Made by a program: the position numbers and the translations under genes. A DNA stretch of 64,000 bases, from IMG/VR virus record IMGVR_UViG_3300050343_000270, positions 50,402 to 114,401 of that record. One strand, given 5' to 3'. The notes under the pieces were generated by a model. It saw nothing but the letters and a program-made list of their open reading frames with translations. It made no database searches and had not been told where the DNA came from. Below, piece after piece: positions 60,917 through 64,000 of the stretch. Positions within the stretch are counted from its first letter, which is position 1; every line of letters begins with the position of its first letter. The DNA comes from a virus.

Positions 60917-61264
60917 ATGACCAAATTAGAAGAACTGGACGAAAGAAAAAACACAATCGGTATATTACAGAATAAATGCGATAGCATATACGAGGAATTT
61001 ATCGATGGAGTTCCTTCATGTATTCACGATTACATTTTTGATTATCTATTTAATGACATCCTGTGGGTAAAACACGAGATTAAAAAGGTGTTAGACGAAG
61101 AGGAAGCTTGCAAAAATGAAGTTACAATGACCCCCTGCGATAATGGTTTTGTCGTTAATAAAACATGGTCACAAAGTGGCAATTGTAGCAGTATTATATT
61201 GACAAAGGAAGAGATTATTGAACTATACGAACAAACAAAATGCACGGAACAGAACTATCATTGA
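60917..61264 (+). CDS. Hypothetical protein
   Basis: ATG 60917 preferred because GTG 60899 lies only 3 nt after the -10 box. Confidence 0.55.
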   Translation: MTKLEELDERKNTIGILQNKCDSIYEEFIDGVPSCIHDYIFDYLFNDILWVKHEIKKVLDEEEACKNEVTMTPCDNGFVVNKTWSQSGNCSSIILTKEEIIELYEQTKCTEQNYH

Positions 61265-61332
61265 GATTTAGGCTAACAATTGCATTTTTCGTAATAAGTG
61301 GATTCATCCTGTTGCTTACTTTAATTCATTAA
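61240..61332 (+). CDS. Small membrane protein, 30 aa
   Basis: MHGTELSLRFRLTIAFFVISGFILLLTLIH*. Confidence 0.35.
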   Translation: MHGTELSLRFRLTIAFFVISGFILLLTLIH

Positions 61333-61341
61333 AACAATCAA

Positions 61342-61884
61342 ATGAAAATTAAAAAACTATTTAGAGTATACTTTTGGAGAAATCTTGTATATAAAATTAA
61401 GTGCTTCTTTAGTCCCAGCCAAGAATGGCTGACAGATGTTATTCCAGATACGCATTGTGACAAGGTAGAGCTTATTCCAAGGATGCTATTCGAGTGTCTT
61501 GTTCATTATGTTGAAGTCGAAACCCAAAACGATTGGACTCACCCTCTTGGTCATATATACGAAGAAGAGCTAAAACTCGGTTATGTTACTCAAGAGTATG
61601 TTGATCATGTCATGAAGATCGATAAAGATTTACTTAAAGCATACAAATGGATCAAAGAGGGTAGAGTAGAGTTAAAGCAGAAGCTCGACGATGCATACCC
61701 TCCGAGCAAGAGCATTCGTGATATGTTCACAAAAACGGAAGATGGTAATTACAGCATGAATCCGCTTTCCGAAGAAGAAAGCACTTGCTATGCTGAAGTT
61801 ACGAGACTGGAAATAATCTTATCAGACAAGGATATTGAGGCTATGCAAATCATAGTAAAGCATCACAACTCATTATGGACGTAA
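61342..61884 (+). CDS. Hypothetical phage protein
   Basis: 180-aa ORF ending SLWT. Confidence 0.65.
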   Translation: MKIKKLFRVYFWRNLVYKIKCFFSPSQEWLTDVIPDTHCDKVELIPRMLFECLVHYVEVETQNDWTHPLGHIYEEELKLGYVTQEYVDHVMKIDKDLLKAYKWIKEGRVELKQKLDDAYPPSKSIRDMFTKTEDGNYSMNPLSEEESTCYAEVTRLEIILSDKDIEAMQIIVKHHNSLWT

Positions 61885-61922
61885 TCTCTACCATATATAG
61901 AATTTTTTGTGTATAATATAGT

Positions 61923-63038
61923 ATGCCACTTCCTGAACCACAAAAAAAACAAACCAAGAGTGATTTTATTTCTTCTTGTATGGTAGAATCAAAAATGGTT
62001 GAAGAGTTTCCTAATGTGAAACAAAGAGCCGCGATTTGTAATTCTCAATGGAACGCTGAGAAATCTAAGGCTTCAGTGGTTGTTGAATCTGATGGTAATG
62101 AAATAACCTTTAGTGATTTCGCAGAAGAATCTGAGTCTGCTAAAAGATCTGGTCGCAAAAGCGCCGCTCAAACTCCAGCCAAACCATCAGAAAAGAAAAA
62201 GGGTTCTAGTAAAAATAAATCTGGATCAGCAGGTAAGGGCGGTAAATCAATTACTTTTTCAGCCAAGGTTACTGAGTCTCTAAAAAACAAAGTCAAGGAG
62301 CATAACGCCAAATATTCCAAAAAAGTATCACTCTCTCAACTTAAAAAAATCTATCGTCGTGGTGCAGGTGCGTTTAGTTCTAGTCACCGTCCTAACAAGA
62401 CACGCGGTCAGTGGGCAATGGCGCGAGTAAATATGTTTCTTAAGATGGTTAGGGGCGGCAAGGTTAAAAAATCTTATCGCGCCGCCGATCAGGATGTAGC
62501 AAAGGGTTCTGAAAAATATTACATGGAAGACCAAGCAAATGTTTTTCTTGATTTTAATGAAATTCAACTTGAGATTGCAAAGCTTGACTTAATTCAAGCT
62601 GGTCTGAAGGTTAGCGAACATAACCAAGAAGCAGAAGACTTAGAATACTCTGAGGCGGAAAAAAAGAAATTAAATAAGCCATTTCGCTTACCTTCTGGTA
62701 GCAAAAAGAAGTTTGGCGTTTATGTTAAAAACCCAAAAACAGGTAATACAATAATGGTTAAATTTGGCGATCCAAACATGGAGATCAAGAGAGATGACCC
62801 TGATCGCCGTCGTAATTTTAGATCGCGCCATAAATGCGATACCGCAAAAGACAAAACCAGTCCACGTTATTGGAGTTGTAAAATGTGGTCTAAGAAAAGT
62901 GTTAGTGATATAACTTCCAGTGCCTCTTTCGCAAGCGACGAATTCGATGAGGACAACCTCCCTTCTTGGGATAGCTTCCACGAAAACGCACAGGAATTTT
63001 TGTCTATTAAAGATTTTGTGATCGACGAAAAAATTTGA
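61923..63038 (+). CDS. Multidomain basic protein, possibly virion-internal
   Basis: MPLPEP..FISSCM..QRAAIC module; QWAMARVNMFL domain; VKFGDPNM..RRRNFRSRHKC..YWSCKMW module; GTGTAT 8 nt upstream. Confidence 0.6.
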   Translation: MPLPEPQKKQTKSDFISSCMVESKMVEEFPNVKQRAAICNSQWNAEKSKASVVVESDGNEITFSDFAEESESAKRSGRKSAAQTPAKPSEKKKGSSKNKSGSAGKGGKSITFSAKVTESLKNKVKEHNAKYSKKVSLSQLKKIYRRGAGAFSSSHRPNKTRGQWAMARVNMFLKMVRGGKVKKSYRAADQDVAKGSEKYYMEDQANVFLDFNEIQLEIAKLDLIQAGLKVSEHNQEAEDLEYSEAEKKKLNKPFRLPSGSKKKFGVYVKNPKTGNTIMVKFGDPNMEIKRDDPDRRRNFRSRHKCDTAKDKTSPRYWSCKMWSKKSVSDITSSASFASDEFDEDNLPSWDSFHENAQEFLSIKDFVIDEKI

Positions 63039-63078
63039 TTTTGCTATAGGGGTTTTTTTTGGTCTTTTTACACTTGTT

Positions 63079-63084
63079 GTGTAA
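63079..63084 (+). promoter_or_regulatory. GTGTAA motif (with an inverted copy at 63068-63073)
   Basis: 8 nt before ATG 63093. Confidence 0.65.
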
Positions 63085-63092
63085 CATATAGT

Positions 63093-63347
63093 ATGGCTGA
63101 CTCTTCCCCACAATCAACTCTTTTAAAAAGCATTGGCGCATTTGGCGGTGTTTACACAACTGGCGTATCTCTTAATACTGGAGACTATATGGCTATTAAA
63201 GCCCTTGGTTCAGATGTTACTGTATTAGGAGAAACCGTTGGCAATATAAACGATATTTCTGGAGCTATCATTCCTCAAGGAGATTTAATTCTTGGTGAGT
63301 TCTCTGTTGTTAATTGCTCTGGTGATGCGGTGATTTACAAATCCTAA
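63093..63347 (+). CDS. Small putative virion protein
   Basis: 84 aa, beta-rich, preceded by GTGTAA. Confidence 0.55.
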   Translation: MADSSPQSTLLKSIGAFGGVYTTGVSLNTGDYMAIKALGSDVTVLGETVGNINDISGAIIPQGDLILGEFSVVNCSGDAVIYKS

Positions 63348-63350
63348 CTT

Positions 63351-64000
63351 ATGTTTTTATCTTTGAGAAGCGGCTTATCTGTTGTAAGCCGAGGTATAAT
63401 TGCTGGCGCACAGCAATCATACAACCGTATCCTCAAACTATTCCCAACGGTTTCCAGCCTCGCGCCAGCGTCAACGCGCCCAGTCCAGCAAGGGCAAGTT
63501 TGCGAGTTTGACGGGGTTAATGACCGAATCCAAAATATTACAGATCCACTCGGAGAGGATTGCACAATATTAGTGTGGTTAAAGGTTGATGCAATTGGGG
63601 TTGCACAGTATATTTATGATCTAAGGACAAGCGCCAGCATCAACTCTGGCGCTGGTTACTTGTATGTTGACACAAGCGGTAATCTAATATCAGAGAACGG
63701 AAACGAGGGGACTATTTCTGCGGGTGTGTGGACAAAGACAAGCGCAACACACGCCAATTCCTCAACGTCTGCACTGATGAAAATAGGTGCTAGGTATAAC
63801 AATATTAACACGCTCGGCGGAAAATTGTCATCTTTTACCGCCACCAAAACAAGCACGGGTGAAATAGTGAGGCAATACAACCTCAACCATGCCAGTGGGA
63901 TAACGGTCTACGACTCCAGCGGCAACGGCAACCACGGCGAATTGAGAAACGGCGCGTCATTTGTGGTTGATAACACGTTGCCACCAGAGGCAGACAGGCT
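63351..64000 (+). CDS. LamG/concanavalin-domain virion protein, 3'-truncated (absent from the ORF track)
   Basis: Open from ATG 63351 to the window end: MFLSLRSGL...EFDGVND...MKIGARY...VYDSSGNGNHG. Confidence 0.75.
   Translation, partial: MFLSLRSGLSVVSRGIIAGAQQSYNRILKLFPTVSSLAPASTRPVQQGQVCEFDGVNDRIQNITDPLGEDCTILVWLKVDAIGVAQYIYDLRTSASINSGAGYLYVDTSGNLISENGNEGTISAGVWTKTSATHANSSTSALMKIGARYNNINTLGGKLSSFTATKTSTGEIVRQYNLNHASGITVYDSSGNGNHGELRNGASFVVDNTLPPEADR

Noticed and set aside
62688-63886. Minus-strand ORFs 62688-63113, 63344-63565 and 63656-63886
   Set aside because: Antisense to well-supported plus-strand genes
1-64000. tRNA, rRNA, integrase, transposase or prophage boundary
   Set aside because: None recognised by eye; gene content is phage-like throughout. 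A tRNAscan/Rfam run would be needed to exclude small RNAs.

Overview
This is a 64-kb internal segment of a large, AT-rich, apparently lytic tailed dsDNA phage using the standard genetic code. I see no tail sheath, integrase, reverse transcriptase, tRNA or CRISPR array. Layout: 1-22 kb neck, tail tube, tape measure and baseplate genes, interrupted by a GC-rich LRR + methyltransferase cassette. 22-29.7 kb is a minus-strand block of recombination/SSB-like proteins, glycosyltransferases and a phage sigma factor. 30-36 kb holds class Id-like nrdB/nrdA, GTs and gmd. 36-48.4 kb is the replication module (RecA, DnaB, DnaG, HIRAN-nuclease, PHP / DnaQ-like / DnaE, Clp-type AAA+). 49.8-58 kb is an ADP-heptose-like nucleotide-sugar pathway plus five GT-like genes, with a holin-endolysin pair inserted. 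58-64 kb holds fibre-like, HNH, basic virion-like and LamG genes. The strongest unexplained signal is a GTGTAA motif 8-12 nt upstream of nine start codons. It coexists with a separate set of host-type TTGACA/TATAAT near-leaderless promoters, one of which drives the phage sigma gene, suggesting a two-tier transcription programme. About ten single-base indels, mostly in homopolymers, break otherwise intact genes and are probably sequencing errors. All product calls come from motif recognition by eye, with no database searches.
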